A stretch of DNA of 64,000 bases from an uncultured Candidatus Saccharibacteria bacterium (GCA_964385825.1 CAYLPX010000002.1:98876-162875), one strand, 5' to 3'; shown: positions 10,136 through 20,372, counted from the stretch's first letter. Translations and numbers: made by a program. Notes: generated by a model from the sequence alone, not told the origin.

Positions 10136-10315
10136 GGAAAAGGTGTGGAAAAGATTTGTATAAGTTTAGGAAAAAGACCAAAGTTATACACAAAAAAAAT
10201 TAAAAATATTTTTATGCCAAAACTATACACAGTAAAAAAACTTCTCTCTCTTAAAAACCCTATATTTTTAGGGGTTAAAAAGAAATCCACTTATCCACTG
10301 TATAATTAGCAACGT
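10136..10315. promoter_or_regulatory. putative oriC: DnaA-box cluster and AT-rich unwinding region
   Basis: Four 9-mers are within one mismatch of TTATCCACA: TGTGGAAAA at 10144, TTATACACA at 10184, CTATACACA at 10222 and TTATCCACT at 10291. The region is very AT-rich and sits between dnaA and dnaN. Confidence 0.55.
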
Positions 10316-11410
10316 ATGAAAATAGAATGTAATAAAGATAAGTTACAAGAATTTGTAACTAAAATAGAAAAAACAACTAGCAGAAATGCCACATTACCTA
10401 TACTTGCTTGTATTCTTCTTGTTGCAAAAGATAAAACTCTGACACTCAAAGCAACCAATCTTGAAGTTGGTAGTGAGTTGGTGCTCCCAGTGAAAATAGA
10501 AAAGGAGGGGGTGGTGGCTCTTTCAGGGAGCATGCTTTCTCAAACTCTCTCTTCTTTAAAAACAACCAAAAGCCTCTTTTTAGAAGAAAAAGAGGGGAAT
10601 TTAGAGTTAAAAACAAACGAAACAACTGTTTTATTAAAAACAATAAGTTACGAGGATTTTCCTCTTATTCCGCGCATAGAAGCTGAAACAAAAATAAAGA
10701 TTAAAGTAAAGGAGTTAATTTTAGGTATAAAGTCAGTGGTAAACAGTGCTGCACTTTCAACTATACGACCAGAATTAGGGAGTATTTATATTTATCAAGA
10801 AACAAATACTCTTGTTTTTGTGGCAACAGACGCTTTTCGTTTGGCTGAGAAAAAGATTGTTGTAAAACAAATAGAACAATTCCCCTCTATTCTTATTCCA
10901 TATAAAAATGCTTTAGAGATCGTACGTCTTTTTGATGGGGTAGATGAAGAGGTAGATCTTTTAATTACTAAAAACCAAATAAGCCTTGAGGGAGGAGGAG
11001 TTTTTATAACTTCTCGAGTAGTTGATGGAGTTTTTCCGGATTATACCCAAATTATACCAAAGGAATATATAACTACGGTATTAGTTCTAAAGCAAGATAT
11101 ATTAAATGGAATAAAAAGTCTTTCGGTTTTTTCAGATAAGTTTAACCAGATCCTTTTTACAGTTCATAAAGAAGGGGTTACTTTAGAAACAAAAAACAAT
11201 GATGTGGGGGAAGGGAAGACGTTAATTGTGGGTAAGGTAACTGGCGAAACACTTACACGTAAGTTTAACCAAAAATATATTACTGATGCATTTTCTACTA
11301 TAACTGATGATTCAGTTTTACTGTCTTTTGCCGATGAAAGAAAACCGTTAGTGATAGAAGGGGCCTCAAATAAAAGTTTTAAATACTTGGTGATGCCGAT
11401 GAATAATTAA
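10316..11410 (+). CDS. dnaN: DNA polymerase III beta sliding clamp
   Basis: A 364 aa three-domain beta-clamp pattern lies immediately after dnaA. Confidence 0.85.
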   Translation: MKIECNKDKLQEFVTKIEKTTSRNATLPILACILLVAKDKTLTLKATNLEVGSELVLPVKIEKEGVVALSGSMLSQTLSSLKTTKSLFLEEKEGNLELKTNETTVLLKTISYEDFPLIPRIEAETKIKIKVKELILGIKSVVNSAALSTIRPELGSIYIYQETNTLVFVATDAFRLAEKKIVVKQIEQFPSILIPYKNALEIVRLFDGVDEEVDLLITKNQISLEGGGVFITSRVVDGVFPDYTQIIPKEYITTVLVLKQDILNGIKSLSVFSDKFNQILFTVHKEGVTLETKNNDVGEGKTLIVGKVTGETLTRKFNQKYITDAFSTITDDSVLLSFADERKPLVIEGASNKSFKYLVMPMNN

Positions 11411-11416
11411 GTTTTT

Positions 11417-11671
11417 ATGATTGAAATAAAAGATATTATAGCTAAATTTGCTATTAAAATATCTCCCAAAAGGAAAATAAATATCATTCTTAAAGACTTT
11501 TTTGCTAAGAAAAATCTCCCCTATACAGGTGTTCCGCCACAAATAAAACAACATACTGTGATTGTACATGGTGACGCCTATCTTAAGGCGTATATTAAAA
11601 GCCATACACAAGAGCTGATTACTTTATTTGAAGCAGAAGCTCCAACACTAAAAATAACAAACGTGCAGTAA
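11417..11671 (+). CDS. small DUF721/DciA-like protein (possible helicase loader)
   Basis: An 84 aa basic protein follows dnaN directly. Its pattern TVIVHGDAYLKAYIKSHTQELITLFEAE resembles the DUF721 fold. Confidence 0.3.
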   Translation: MIEIKDIIAKFAIKISPKRKINIILKDFFAKKNLPYTGVPPQIKQHTVIVHGDAYLKAYIKSHTQELITLFEAEAPTLKITNVQ

Positions 11672-11672
11672 A

Positions 11673-14174
11673 TTAATGCGCCAAGTCTATAAGAAGAGGA
11701 AATTCTTTTTCTGTACTTACAAAAGAAGTGTCAAAACTAACTATCTTTAAACTGTTTTTCTCTCCTAAAACACCAGTTATATTTCGTGGAAGTAAGGAGA
11801 AGTAAAAGGGTTCTTGTGAAAGAGATCCATAAAAGCGATTGTTCACATACACATCGACTTTTGAAAGACCAGAACCTTTAACGGTAAATGAAATAGCTTG
11901 TGAATATGGATGGATAGCTTTTTCATCAAAACCATTGATTTCAAAAGAAGAAGTGCTTATAGCAGGAATGGTTGTATCAACTCCAAGAACGCCTCCAGTG
12001 GCTAAGTTATGTTCATTTGCGTAGCGGACAACAGCACTCTCCCAGTATGCAAATTGTGGATCACTTTCTGGGTTAGTGGGCCTAATACCGCTTGTAGGGT
12101 TATCTTTGTCTACCCAATAAAGAATTGAATGGATATTAGGGACAACAACCTCTTTTCGATTTTCAAGCGTAGTACTGTCGGTGGCGCGGTTTCCTGTTTG
12201 AGAATCTATAAAGTAAGACTCTCCTCCTTGCCAAATACCGCGAAGTACAGGAGGAAGTTTTGTTTTATCAGTCGCCTCTGGCTGCTTAAAGCGCTCGTTA
12301 GGGAGGGTTTGAAGGGCATATGCCATATACTCATGCCACATTGGTGCCACAACCTGCCCAGCAACTTTTTTCTGCATAGGTCGGTTATTATTATTTCCTG
12401 CCCACGCCCCCGTGACGAAAGAAGGGGTGTACCCAACAACCCAAGCATCACGGTAGTCATTGGTGGTACCTGTTTTAACCGCAACTTGGTTCCCAGGGAA
12501 ATAAAGAGCAGAACGTTCGCCGAAAGTAGGGGTACGGGCATCGTTATCAGAAAGCATGTCAGAGATAGTGCGAGCAATATTACTATCTATACCAACACTA
12601 TCTTGCTGCTCATATTCCTCTAATGTTGTGTTGTTGTCGTCTGTTATTTTAAGTATGCCGGTGTAGGGATTTTTTACTCCATCGTTGGCGAAAGCCCCAT
12701 AGGCATTAGTTAATTCAAGAAGGGTAACTTCACCACCTCCCAAAACAAGGGTAAGGCCATAGCGGTCTTTGTCAGTAAGGGTAGTGATGCCCATATCCTT
12801 AGCTGTCTGCAGGGCATTATCAACCCCCGCAAGGTAAAGCACCTTAACAGCCACAACGTTAAGTGATTGACCCAACGCTTCACGAAGTGTAACGGGCCCA
12901 CGGAACTGATTGTCATAGTTATTTGGGCTGTAGCAAACAGCGCCAGGTTTAAGCGGCTTACTATCTGGGGTACAGTAGGTAGAAAACTCTGTTTTTACAT
13001 CAAAGAGTGTTGTTTCGGGTGTGTACCCCTTTTTAAAGGCGGTTGCGTACACAAAAGGTTTAAAGGAAGAACCAGGTTGTCGTTTAGCGAAGGTAATATT
13101 TACATTTCCATCTATATCTTTGTCGAAATAATCTCGTGATCCGACCATAGCGAGTATCTGACCAGTTTTAGGATCGATTGAGACTAGTCCAGCATTTTCG
13201 GCATCAAATTTCTCTTTGTTTGAAAGAGCATACTTTTTCACAATTTCTTCTGCTTTTTGTTGCAGATTAGCATCAATGGTGGTGATTATTTTTAAGCCAT
13301 CTTCGTTTAGTGCTTGTTCCCCATATTTAGTAGCAAGAAGATCGCGGAGGTAGAAAACAAAATGCGGGGCAAGAGAACCACTGTGGTTTGGTGGGTAAAA
13401 GGTTACTTTTTCAGCGAGCGCAGCATTATATTCATCTTTAGTAATGTATTTTTGCTCTAACATTTTTGAAAGCACAAGATTTTTGCGTTTATCCAGCTCT
13501 TCTTTGTGGTTTCCGTAGGGAGAATAATAACTTGGGGCCTGGGGGAGTGAAGCAAGGTAAGCCGCTTCAGCTAAGGTTAAGTCATGAGCACTCTTCTTAA
13601 AAAAAGTCTGTGAAGCCACTTCAACACCGTAAACGTTTCCACCATACGGAGAATCATTAAGATATATATTTAAAATTTCGTCTTTAGAAAGAACGCGTTC
13701 AAGTTTAATAGCCAAAACCCATTCTTTAAGCTTTCTTGAAATACTCTTGTTCTTAGTGAGTAGGGAGTTTTTAACAACCTGCTGGGTGATAGTAGATCCT
13801 CCTTGGCTATATCCAAGTGAGGTGATGTTGGCAAAAATAGCCCGAATAATTGAGGTTGGCTTTATACCATGGTGCTGGTAGAACTCAGCATCCTCTATAG
13901 AAACCGTTGCTTTTTTAATATAGGGAGAAATCTGATTAAAAGGGAGTTCAGTACGCTCAACATCTTGGTGAAGATTAAAGAGTTCTATTTGACCTGTTCG
14001 ATCGTAAAACTTTGCTGCGGAGGAAATGACACGATCGTTAAAAGAACTCACGTCAGGTAGTTTAAGGGTTGAAGCCCAAACTAAGAAAATTCCTAAAGAT
14101 AAGAAAATAATACCAACGGCGAGTCGATAGAAGTGAGTTTTTTTACTTCTTTTTTTGTGGGGGTGGGTCGCCAT
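11673..14174 (-). CDS. class A penicillin-binding protein (transglycosylase/transpeptidase)
   Basis: An N-terminal TM helix is followed by the GT51 motifs EDAEFYQHHGI and RKL. The transpeptidase motifs SSFKP, SLN and KTGT are present. Confidence 0.85.
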   Translation of the reverse strand: MATHPHKKRSKKTHFYRLAVGIIFLSLGIFLVWASTLKLPDVSSFNDRVISSAAKFYDRTGQIELFNLHQDVERTELPFNQISPYIKKATVSIEDAEFYQHHGIKPTSIIRAIFANITSLGYSQGGSTITQQVVKNSLLTKNKSISRKLKEWVLAIKLERVLSKDEILNIYLNDSPYGGNVYGVEVASQTFFKKSAHDLTLAEAAYLASLPQAPSYYSPYGNHKEELDKRKNLVLSKMLEQKYITKDEYNAALAEKVTFYPPNHSGSLAPHFVFYLRDLLATKYGEQALNEDGLKIITTIDANLQQKAEEIVKKYALSNKEKFDAENAGLVSIDPKTGQILAMVGSRDYFDKDIDGNVNITFAKRQPGSSFKPFVYATAFKKGYTPETTLFDVKTEFSTYCTPDSKPLKPGAVCYSPNNYDNQFRGPVTLREALGQSLNVVAVKVLYLAGVDNALQTAKDMGITTLTDKDRYGLTLVLGGGEVTLLELTNAYGAFANDGVKNPYTGILKITDDNNTTLEEYEQQDSVGIDSNIARTISDMLSDNDARTPTFGERSALYFPGNQVAVKTGTTNDYRDAWVVGYTPSFVTGAWAGNNNNRPMQKKVAGQVVAPMWHEYMAYALQTLPNERFKQPEATDKTKLPPVLRGIWQGGESYFIDSQTGNRATDSTTLENRKEVVVPNIHSILYWVDKDNPTSGIRPTNPESDPQFAYWESAVVRYANEHNLATGGVLGVDTTIPAISTSSFEINGFDEKAIHPYSQAISFTVKGSGLSKVDVYVNNRFYGSLSQEPFYFSLLPRNITGVLGEKNSLKIVSFDTSFVSTEKEFPLLIDLAH

Positions 14175-14270
14175 GTATCACTATCCTAACAAAAAATAGC
14201 TATACAAAGTAGGGTTATATACTGGTAACACGTGGGTAGCAAAAAGAAGACGCTATGCTAAAGTACTAGT

Positions 14271-15464
14271 ATGTTTTTATTCAACAAGCAGGAAAGCGTG
14301 AATACTGATGAGCGGGCAATTGAAAAGTTGCTAACCCGAGGCGTGGAGCAGGTGGTTGATAAGGAAGAATTCCGGAAAAGGTTAGCCACAGGGAAACAAC
14401 TGCGAATTAAGCTCGGTATTGATCCAACCAGCCCGCATATTCATATTGGCCGAGCAGTAGTGCTGCGGAAACTCAAGGCTTTTCAGGACATGGGTCACCT
14501 CCCAGTTTTTATTGTTGGAGATTTTACTGGGGTTATAGGAGACACATCGGATAAAGAGTCTGAAAGACCAATGCTCACTCCAGAGAAAATTAAAGAAAAC
14601 CTCCAGAGTTATTTTAAGCAGGCAGGTAAAATTATCGATTTAAAGCGAGCTGAGACTCACTACAACTCAACGTGGTTAGCAAAATTAACTTACAAAGAAA
14701 TTGGGCAGCAAGCTGATTGGGTAAGCGTGGCTGATTTCATTTCGCGCGACGTGATCAAGCGGAGGCTCGATAGTGGCTCACGAGTATCGCTCCGAGAAAT
14801 GCTCTATCCTTTAATGCAGGGGTATGATTCCGTTGCCATCAAGGCGGACGTGGAACTTGGCGGGGTAGACCAGTGGTTCAACCTCCTCTCTGGACGGGTT
14901 ATGCAGCAGCACTATAAACAAAAACCGCAGGATATTATGACCACAAGCCTCCTTATGGGCCTTGATGGGCGAAAGATGAGTTCTAGTTGGGGGAACACTA
15001 TTAATATCACGGAGAGCCCAAATGATATGTTCGGCAAAACCATGAGTTTGAAAGATGAGCTCATCAGAGAGTATTTCCTTCTAGCGACTGAAAAGGAAGA
15101 GGGGGAAATTGAAGAGATTTTAAGTCATGGGCCACGTGACGCAAAGGTGGACTTAGCGACGAGCCTAGTTGAGCTGTACCATGGAAAGACTGAAGCAGAA
15201 AAGGCCAAAAGATATTTTATTGAGACTTTTGCTCAAAAAAAGGCTCCAGAGGAGGTTATGACGTTAGTTGCCTCTCCTCAAAAAACGCTATGCGAAATTC
15301 TTGTTGAGGCGGGGGTAGTTTCTTCAAAGTCAGATTTTACTCGGTTGGTTCAGCAGGGGGCCGTTATGTTATTGCCAGATAATAAAGTCACAGAAGCAAA
15401 GGAAATGCCGGTTTCGGGAGGAACGTACAAAATAGGGAAGCACCGCTTTGTAAAAATACAGTAA
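14271..15464 (+). CDS. tyrS: tyrosine--tRNA ligase
   Basis: The HIGH-type motif PTSPHIHIGRA and KMSSS (KMSKS) are present. The N-terminus aligns with bacterial TyrRS (LRIKLGIDPT, GDFTGVIGD, GGVDQWFN). Confidence 0.8.
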   Translation: MFLFNKQESVNTDERAIEKLLTRGVEQVVDKEEFRKRLATGKQLRIKLGIDPTSPHIHIGRAVVLRKLKAFQDMGHLPVFIVGDFTGVIGDTSDKESERPMLTPEKIKENLQSYFKQAGKIIDLKRAETHYNSTWLAKLTYKEIGQQADWVSVADFISRDVIKRRLDSGSRVSLREMLYPLMQGYDSVAIKADVELGGVDQWFNLLSGRVMQQHYKQKPQDIMTTSLLMGLDGRKMSSSWGNTINITESPNDMFGKTMSLKDELIREYFLLATEKEEGEIEEILSHGPRDAKVDLATSLVELYHGKTEAEKAKRYFIETFAQKKAPEEVMTLVASPQKTLCEILVEAGVVSSKSDFTRLVQQGAVMLLPDNKVTEAKEMPVSGGTYKIGKHRFVKIQ

Positions 15465-15500
15465 AAAAACCGCAAGACTCTCGTCTTGCGTTTTTTTCTT
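15463..15500. terminator. bidirectional rho-independent terminator
   Basis: A-run, then CCGCAAGAC-TCTC-GTCTTGCG hairpin, then a T-run. Confidence 0.6.
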
Positions 15501-15504
15501 TTTA

Positions 15505-15717
15505 TTATAAGAGATCAGGTTTTTCCCCTTCAAAATCCATTTTGTCCCCATCGAGTTCATCATCTTCTTCGTCGGCAAACTCATCAAGCTCTGGATCAAC
15601 CACTGGGATATCAGTCGCTATTTCGTCAGCCTCAGCCTCATCGTCGGGGTGAGTTAGGGCGCTGGCCGTAATTTCTATATTTTCATCCTTTAATCCTTCG
15701 TTTATATCGTCGAGCAT
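15505..15717 (-). CDS. hypothetical highly acidic small protein
   Basis: This about 70 aa D/E-rich ORF lies downstream of ruvC. It has no clear RBS and may not be expressed. Confidence 0.2.
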   Translation of the reverse strand: MLDDINEGLKDENIEITASALTHPDDEAEADEIATDIPVVDPELDEFADEEDDELDGDKMDFEGEKPDLL

Positions 15718-15799
15718 ATCCTTGTTTAGGCAATTACTTTTTATAGGGACTGTTGTATCACGGCCCAATTTTTTTGTAAACACCCACTGTGAACAGGGG

Positions 15800-16273
15800 T
15801 TATGATCGGTGGCAAGCTGAGGCTGTGAGGGCGAGGGCAATTGCGTCATATTCATCATCAAGACGCTTGCCAGCGGGGATCTTAATGAGTTTGTGTACCA
15901 TCATGGCAACTTGTTGTTTGTCGCTTTTACCATAACCGACTATAGCGTCTTTAACTTGAAGTGGGGTGAATTCAACCACAGGGACATGGTTCTTTTTTGC
16001 TATATAAATAAGAGCCCCCCTAACCTCAGCTACACGCATAGCGGTCTTTTGATTGGTGCTTATAAAGAGATTTTCTATAGAAAAAAGCTGCGGCTCATGC
16101 TCAATAAGTAATTTTTCAACATGGGAAACGAGGAGGAGTAGCCGCTCGTCAAAAGGGAGTTTTGCATTCGTTTTGAAACACTCAGAAAAGATAAGTGTTT
16201 CCTTTGATCTAGGCCCTTCAATTACAGCAACTCCAAGCCTTTCGTATCCTGGGTCTATGCCAATTATTTTCAT
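15800..16273 (-). CDS. ruvC: Holliday junction resolvase RuvC
   Basis: The N-terminus is MKIIGIDPGYERLGVAV, with the characteristic catalytic-acid spacing. Confidence 0.85.
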   Translation of the reverse strand: MKIIGIDPGYERLGVAVIEGPRSKETLIFSECFKTNAKLPFDERLLLLVSHVEKLLIEHEPQLFSIENLFISTNQKTAMRVAEVRGALIYIAKKNHVPVVEFTPLQVKDAIVGYGKSDKQQVAMMVHKLIKIPAGKRLDDEYDAIALALTASACHRS

Positions 16274-16280
16274 AGACTAT

Positions 16281-16820
16281 TTAGTTCGCAAACTCTGCAT
16301 TGGTGAAAACTTCTTGTACCTCATCATTGTCCTCAAGTTCCTCCATTATGGTGATCAGAGTGTCACTGTCTTCTTTGTTAAGTGGGACACCAAGGTTGGG
16401 GGTCCAAACACCATTTGTTTTGGTAAAAGCCCAGGTAGCGGAGCCTATGGCGCCAAGCGACCCGCCATTTTTAGAAAGTATATGCTTTACCTCTTGAGCT
16501 GCTTTGTTACGGTTATCAGTTAAGGTTTCTATGATGAGCGCAGCGCCCCCAGGACCATATCCTTCGTAGGTTATAGCTTCCATGGAACCAGCATCTCCAC
16601 CCAACCCCTTTTTTATGGCTCGCTCAATAGTATCTTTGCTCATGTTTTCTTTTTTGGCCTTTTCAATGATAGTACGTAGTCCTGGGGCATTTACATCCCC
16701 CTTAACTCTCTTTGATTCCGTAGCTAAAAGGCGCCCAAACTTACTAAAAAGTTTGCTCCGTGCTGCATCAGTTGCGCCCTTAGCTCTTTTTATTTGTTCC
16801 CACTTAGAATGACCGGCCAT
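16281..16820 (-). CDS. yebC: YebC/PmpR-family transcriptional regulator (naturally shortened)
   Basis: MAGHSKWEQIKRAKG and ITYEGYGPGGAALIIE are present. It lacks about 60 aa of the middle domain relative to E. coli YebC. Confidence 0.8.
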   Translation of the reverse strand: MAGHSKWEQIKRAKGATDAARSKLFSKFGRLLATESKRVKGDVNAPGLRTIIEKAKKENMSKDTIERAIKKGLGGDAGSMEAITYEGYGPGGAALIIETLTDNRNKAAQEVKHILSKNGGSLGAIGSATWAFTKTNGVWTPNLGVPLNKEDSDTLITIMEELEDNDEVQEVFTNAEFAN

Positions 16821-16866
16821 AGAAATAATTTTTAGTTAATAAAGGAGATGCTTAAGACTGCGGTTG

Positions 16867-17029
16867 ATTATAAAAATTTGGTTCCATTTGGAATGGGGAT
16901 AGCTCCATTATAGAGAGGGAATTGTTCGGGGGGGAGCCAAACATAAAAATAGAGATATAAATAACCCAAAACCCCCAAAAGTAATAAAATAATTGCTGTT
17001 TTTATTAAGGTTTTCCATGCAGGTTTCAT
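16867..17029 (-). CDS. hypothetical small membrane protein
   Basis: Manual translation gives MKPAWKTLIKTAIILLLLGVLGYLYLYFYVWLPPEQFPLYNGAIPIPNGTKFL (53 aa). It starts 8 nt after the ruvB stop and has no SD sequence. Confidence 0.2.
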
Positions 17030-17036
17030 AATCAAT

Positions 17037-18053
17037 TTACAGATTAAGCGGGGTTTGATTAGACTTAGGCATTTTCTTTTCTAAATGCTCATAGCCTCGT
17101 GTTGTAACCACACGCCCGCGAGGAGTGCGCTCAAGAAGACCCAGTTGCATAAGATATGGTTCGTGTACATCTTCAACAGTCCCCTCGTCTTCCGAGAGCG
17201 CAGCCGCGATAGTGGTAAGTCCTACAGGGCCTCCTTTGAATTTATCAATTAATATTTCAAGAAGAAGTCTGTCGGCCGGCATGAGTCCAAGAGTATCAAC
17301 ACCCAAAAGCTCCAAGGCTTCTTTGACCGCATCTTCTGAAAGTATTTTTTTAGACATCTGTGCAAAGTCTCGGCTTCTTTTCAAAAGATAGTTTGCTGTA
17401 CGAGGAGTAAACCGACTTCGCTTAGCTATTTCTTGTATTCCCTCTTTAGTACTTTCAATATTAAGAAGTTCTGCGGATCGTTTAATGATAGAAGCTATCT
17501 CATCTTCGGTATAAAACTCGAGACGGAAAACTCCACCAGAAAAACGGCTACGTAGTGGTGCAGAAAGTAGGGCCATACGCGTAGTGGCTGCTATCAGGGT
17601 AAATGGTGGGAGCTCTAGTTGGATAGTGCGAGCTGACGGTCCTTTGCCGATAATAATATCAAGCACCCCTGACTCCATGGCAGGGTAGAGGACCTCCTCA
17701 ATAGTTTTGTTGAGACGATGTATTTCATCTATGAAAAGCACGTCGCGTGGGGAGAGGTTGGTAAGGATGGAGGCGAGGTCACCCACCTTTTCTATAGCGG
17801 GACCGGAAGTGATTTTGATACCACTACCTATTTCTTTGGCGATAAGATGGGCGAGAGTTGTTTTACCGAGCCCTGGGGGCCCATAAAAGAGTACATGCTC
17901 AGGAGCATGGTTACGTTCTTTGGCTGCTCCAAGAAGAATGCGAAGATTCTTTTTGATTTGTTCCTGTCCAATGTATTCATCCCAAGAGGAAGGGCGCAAA
18001 GCTTGGTCCAAAAAAATTTCATCTTTTCCATTTTGCGCCTCCTTTTTACTCAT
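17037..18053 (-). CDS. ruvB: Holliday junction branch-migration ATPase RuvB
   Basis: Walker [16 protein letters not shown], the sensor motifs and the winged-helix C-terminus are present. Confidence 0.9.
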   Translation of the reverse strand: MSKKEAQNGKDEIFLDQALRPSSWDEYIGQEQIKKNLRILLGAAKERNHAPEHVLFYGPPGLGKTTLAHLIAKEIGSGIKITSGPAIEKVGDLASILTNLSPRDVLFIDEIHRLNKTIEEVLYPAMESGVLDIIIGKGPSARTIQLELPPFTLIAATTRMALLSAPLRSRFSGGVFRLEFYTEDEIASIIKRSAELLNIESTKEGIQEIAKRSRFTPRTANYLLKRSRDFAQMSKKILSEDAVKEALELLGVDTLGLMPADRLLLEILIDKFKGGPVGLTTIAAALSEDEGTVEDVHEPYLMQLGLLERTPRGRVVTTRGYEHLEKKMPKSNQTPLNL

Positions 18054-18621
18054 AGTAGTGGCTTAATTGTAGCATTATCCAAAAAACGGGGGAGAGTGGG
18101 GGGTGAAAAGACCATGAAATAGGGTACTTGACAAGGGAAGCCTAGTATGCTAGACTTACACCAGCCTGATTAAGAGGGCTTTTTTATTTAAGGGCGACAC
18201 GCTTTCAAAATAAAAGGTTCTCTTTAAGAAAAACGGGCATTTTTTGTTGGTAATCCAGCATATTGCTCTCTAAGAAATTGGGTCCCCGGACCTACTGGTG
18301 TTCCTGCAAGGACTTCTTGGTGCTTATCTTTACGATAAACCACTGCGAATCTCCTCAGAGGAATTCTTAACTTTTGATACTTCGTATTAAAAGTATTTCT
18401 TAGAGAGTAATCGGCTGGATCTCTCTTTGTAATTAATTTGCTTATAAAGAAAAAGTCCTCATGCATGGGGGCTTTTTCTTTTGTGTACGGAGTTACTGTA
18501 AAAAGATTACTCCTCTTTTATAGGAGGGGCAACTAGCCCGCTATAATTTTTTGGTTTCTAATAACAAAAAAGAGCTATCTAAAATCTTTTTGTGTAAGCG
18601 TCAATAATGTTGCTTAAAAAG

Positions 18622-20307
18622 CTATAGTCCTAGGTCTATAACACGAGCCAATTCTTCAAGGGTAGTAGTTCCCTGTAGTATTTTTATGTACCCATCTTGC
18701 TTCAAAGAGAGCATGTTTTGATTCGCGGCGGCAGCCACAATATCTCCTTCACTTGGGTTCTCATTTATAGCCTTGTTTACTTCGGGTGTCATAAGGATCG
18801 CTTCAAAAATACCAACTCGTCCTTTGTACCCAAGTCCGCTACACGCATCACACCCTACAGCTTCAAATATATGCTCTGTTTGTAGATTGTCTGGCTTCTC
18901 CGGAGCATTAGCTAGTTCTTTATCAAATAGTGTTTTAGTTTCAGGTGGAATGGGAATTGGCTTACTACACTTACTGCAGAGTTTGCGCACCAAACGCTGG
19001 GCGATGGCGACATTCACTGCTGAACTTATAACTTTTGGATTTACTCCAAGATCAATGAGGCGAGGGAATGCCCCAGCAGCATTGTTAGTGTGGAGGGTTG
19101 AGAGCACTAGGTGCCCCGTAAGACCGGCATTGATTGCAATTTCGGCCGTTTCATCATCGCGGATTTCACCAACCATGATAACATCAGGGTCTTGGCGAAG
19201 TACTGAACGCAGTCCCTGCGAAAAATTATAACTTTTATGATCAACTTGAGTTTGTACAATACCAGGGAGGTGATATTCAATAGGGTCTTCGATAGTGATT
19301 ATTTTAATTTCGGAATTATGAACCTTGCGGAGAAAGGCGTAGAGCGTTGTAGTCTTTCCGCTTCCTGTTGGACCCGTGTTAAGGATCATGCCGTTCGGGC
19401 GATGGATTTCGTGATCAAGGATTTTGAAAAGTTTAGGTGAAATACCAAGTTCCTCCATAGGTACTTGGATGGATTTGGGGTTAAGAATACGAAGTACTAC
19501 GGATTCGCTATACGCACCTGGTAGGAGACTGGTACGGATTTCAATTTCACTCTCAGCTATTTTAATAGAGAAGCGGCCATCTTGCGCCTCATTTTTCACA
19601 TTAAGTTTTAAACGTGAGAGCAGTTTGATACGCGAGAGGAGGAGTTGGAATGTTTCGCGGTCAAAGTTGATAATGTCGGTAAGTACACCGTCCAAGCGGT
19701 AGCGCAGCCGCACGTATGCTTCTTCTGGTTCCACGTGGATATCAGACGCTCCCATGGAGAGGGCTCCCGCCAAAACAATTTCGAGCATACGGGAAATGCG
19801 ATAGGCTTTTTTCTCAGCCAGTATGTCTTCTATAAGTTTCTGAACATCAACAAGAGAACGAACCTTAGAAACAAACCCTTCTATCTCCTCACTTGATATG
19901 TCCAGCACTCCCGCCTTGCTCTCTGATGCAAATGATATCTCTTTATACCGTGCCCACGCTCGTTCAAGGCTACCTTTGGACACGATGTAGGGAGTAACGT
20001 TGTAGTTGCGGCGGGTAAGGTCTTCTAAAACTTGTTTTGTTTCGGGACTTTCTGGGGCGAGCACGGCTACGCGGAGTTTGCGCCCTGTGGCATCAAACAC
20101 AGCAATGTTGGCGCGGCGGGACTCGTCTTCTGGAATTAGACGCAGGGCATCTCCCTCAATAGACATACGGGAAAGGTCTAGGTATTCCACTCCATATTTG
20201 CCCGAGAGGATCATGGCTAGCTCCTCTTCCTCTTTTTTGAGTAATTCGTCTACTTTTTTATTCTGTTTGTCTTCGTCAAAGGTGAGCATTTGTCCCAATA
20301 ATACCAT
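18622..20307 (-). CDS. pilB: type IV pilus assembly ATPase PilB (GspE family)
   Basis: Walker A GPTGSGKTTTLYA, Asp/His boxes and the C-terminal zinc tetracysteine CSKCSK...CDACSG are present. Confidence 0.8.
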   Translation of the reverse strand: MVLLGQMLTFDEDKQNKKVDELLKKEEEELAMILSGKYGVEYLDLSRMSIEGDALRLIPEDESRRANIAVFDATGRKLRVAVLAPESPETKQVLEDLTRRNYNVTPYIVSKGSLERAWARYKEISFASESKAGVLDISSEEIEGFVSKVRSLVDVQKLIEDILAEKKAYRISRMLEIVLAGALSMGASDIHVEPEEAYVRLRYRLDGVLTDIINFDRETFQLLLSRIKLLSRLKLNVKNEAQDGRFSIKIAESEIEIRTSLLPGAYSESVVLRILNPKSIQVPMEELGISPKLFKILDHEIHRPNGMILNTGPTGSGKTTTLYAFLRKVHNSEIKIITIEDPIEYHLPGIVQTQVDHKSYNFSQGLRSVLRQDPDVIMVGEIRDDETAEIAINAGLTGHLVLSTLHTNNAAGAFPRLIDLGVNPKVISSAVNVAIAQRLVRKLCSKCSKPIPIPPETKTLFDKELANAPEKPDNLQTEHIFEAVGCDACSGLGYKGRVGIFEAILMTPEVNKAINENPSEGDIVAAAANQNMLSLKQDGYIKILQGTTTLEELARVIDLGL

Positions 20308-20372
20308 GCGGAAAGCCCTAAAGAGGCCGAGACAGAGCCATTTTTAGGGGATAAGGCTAGAAGTAGGGGTAT

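Noticed and set aside
15486-15671. 61 aa Arg/His/Gln-rich plus-strand ORF downstream of tyrS
   Set aside because: It lies after the tyrS terminator, is antisense to the acidic ORF and is low-complexity. It is probably spurious.
18224-18466. 80 aa minus-strand ORF in the ruvB-pilB gap
   Set aside because: It has no SD sequence, unusual composition and no homology recognised. It is retained only as a region of interest for a possible ncRNA.
18054-18621. Searched by eye for tmRNA, RNase P RNA and SRP RNA signatures in long intergenic regions
   Set aside because: No convincing match to conserved cores was found by eye (tmRNA 3' end GGTTCGA..CCACCA with a tag-ORF, RNase P GNAANNUCGGGC, SRP domain IV GGAAGCAGCC). 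It needs an Infernal search.
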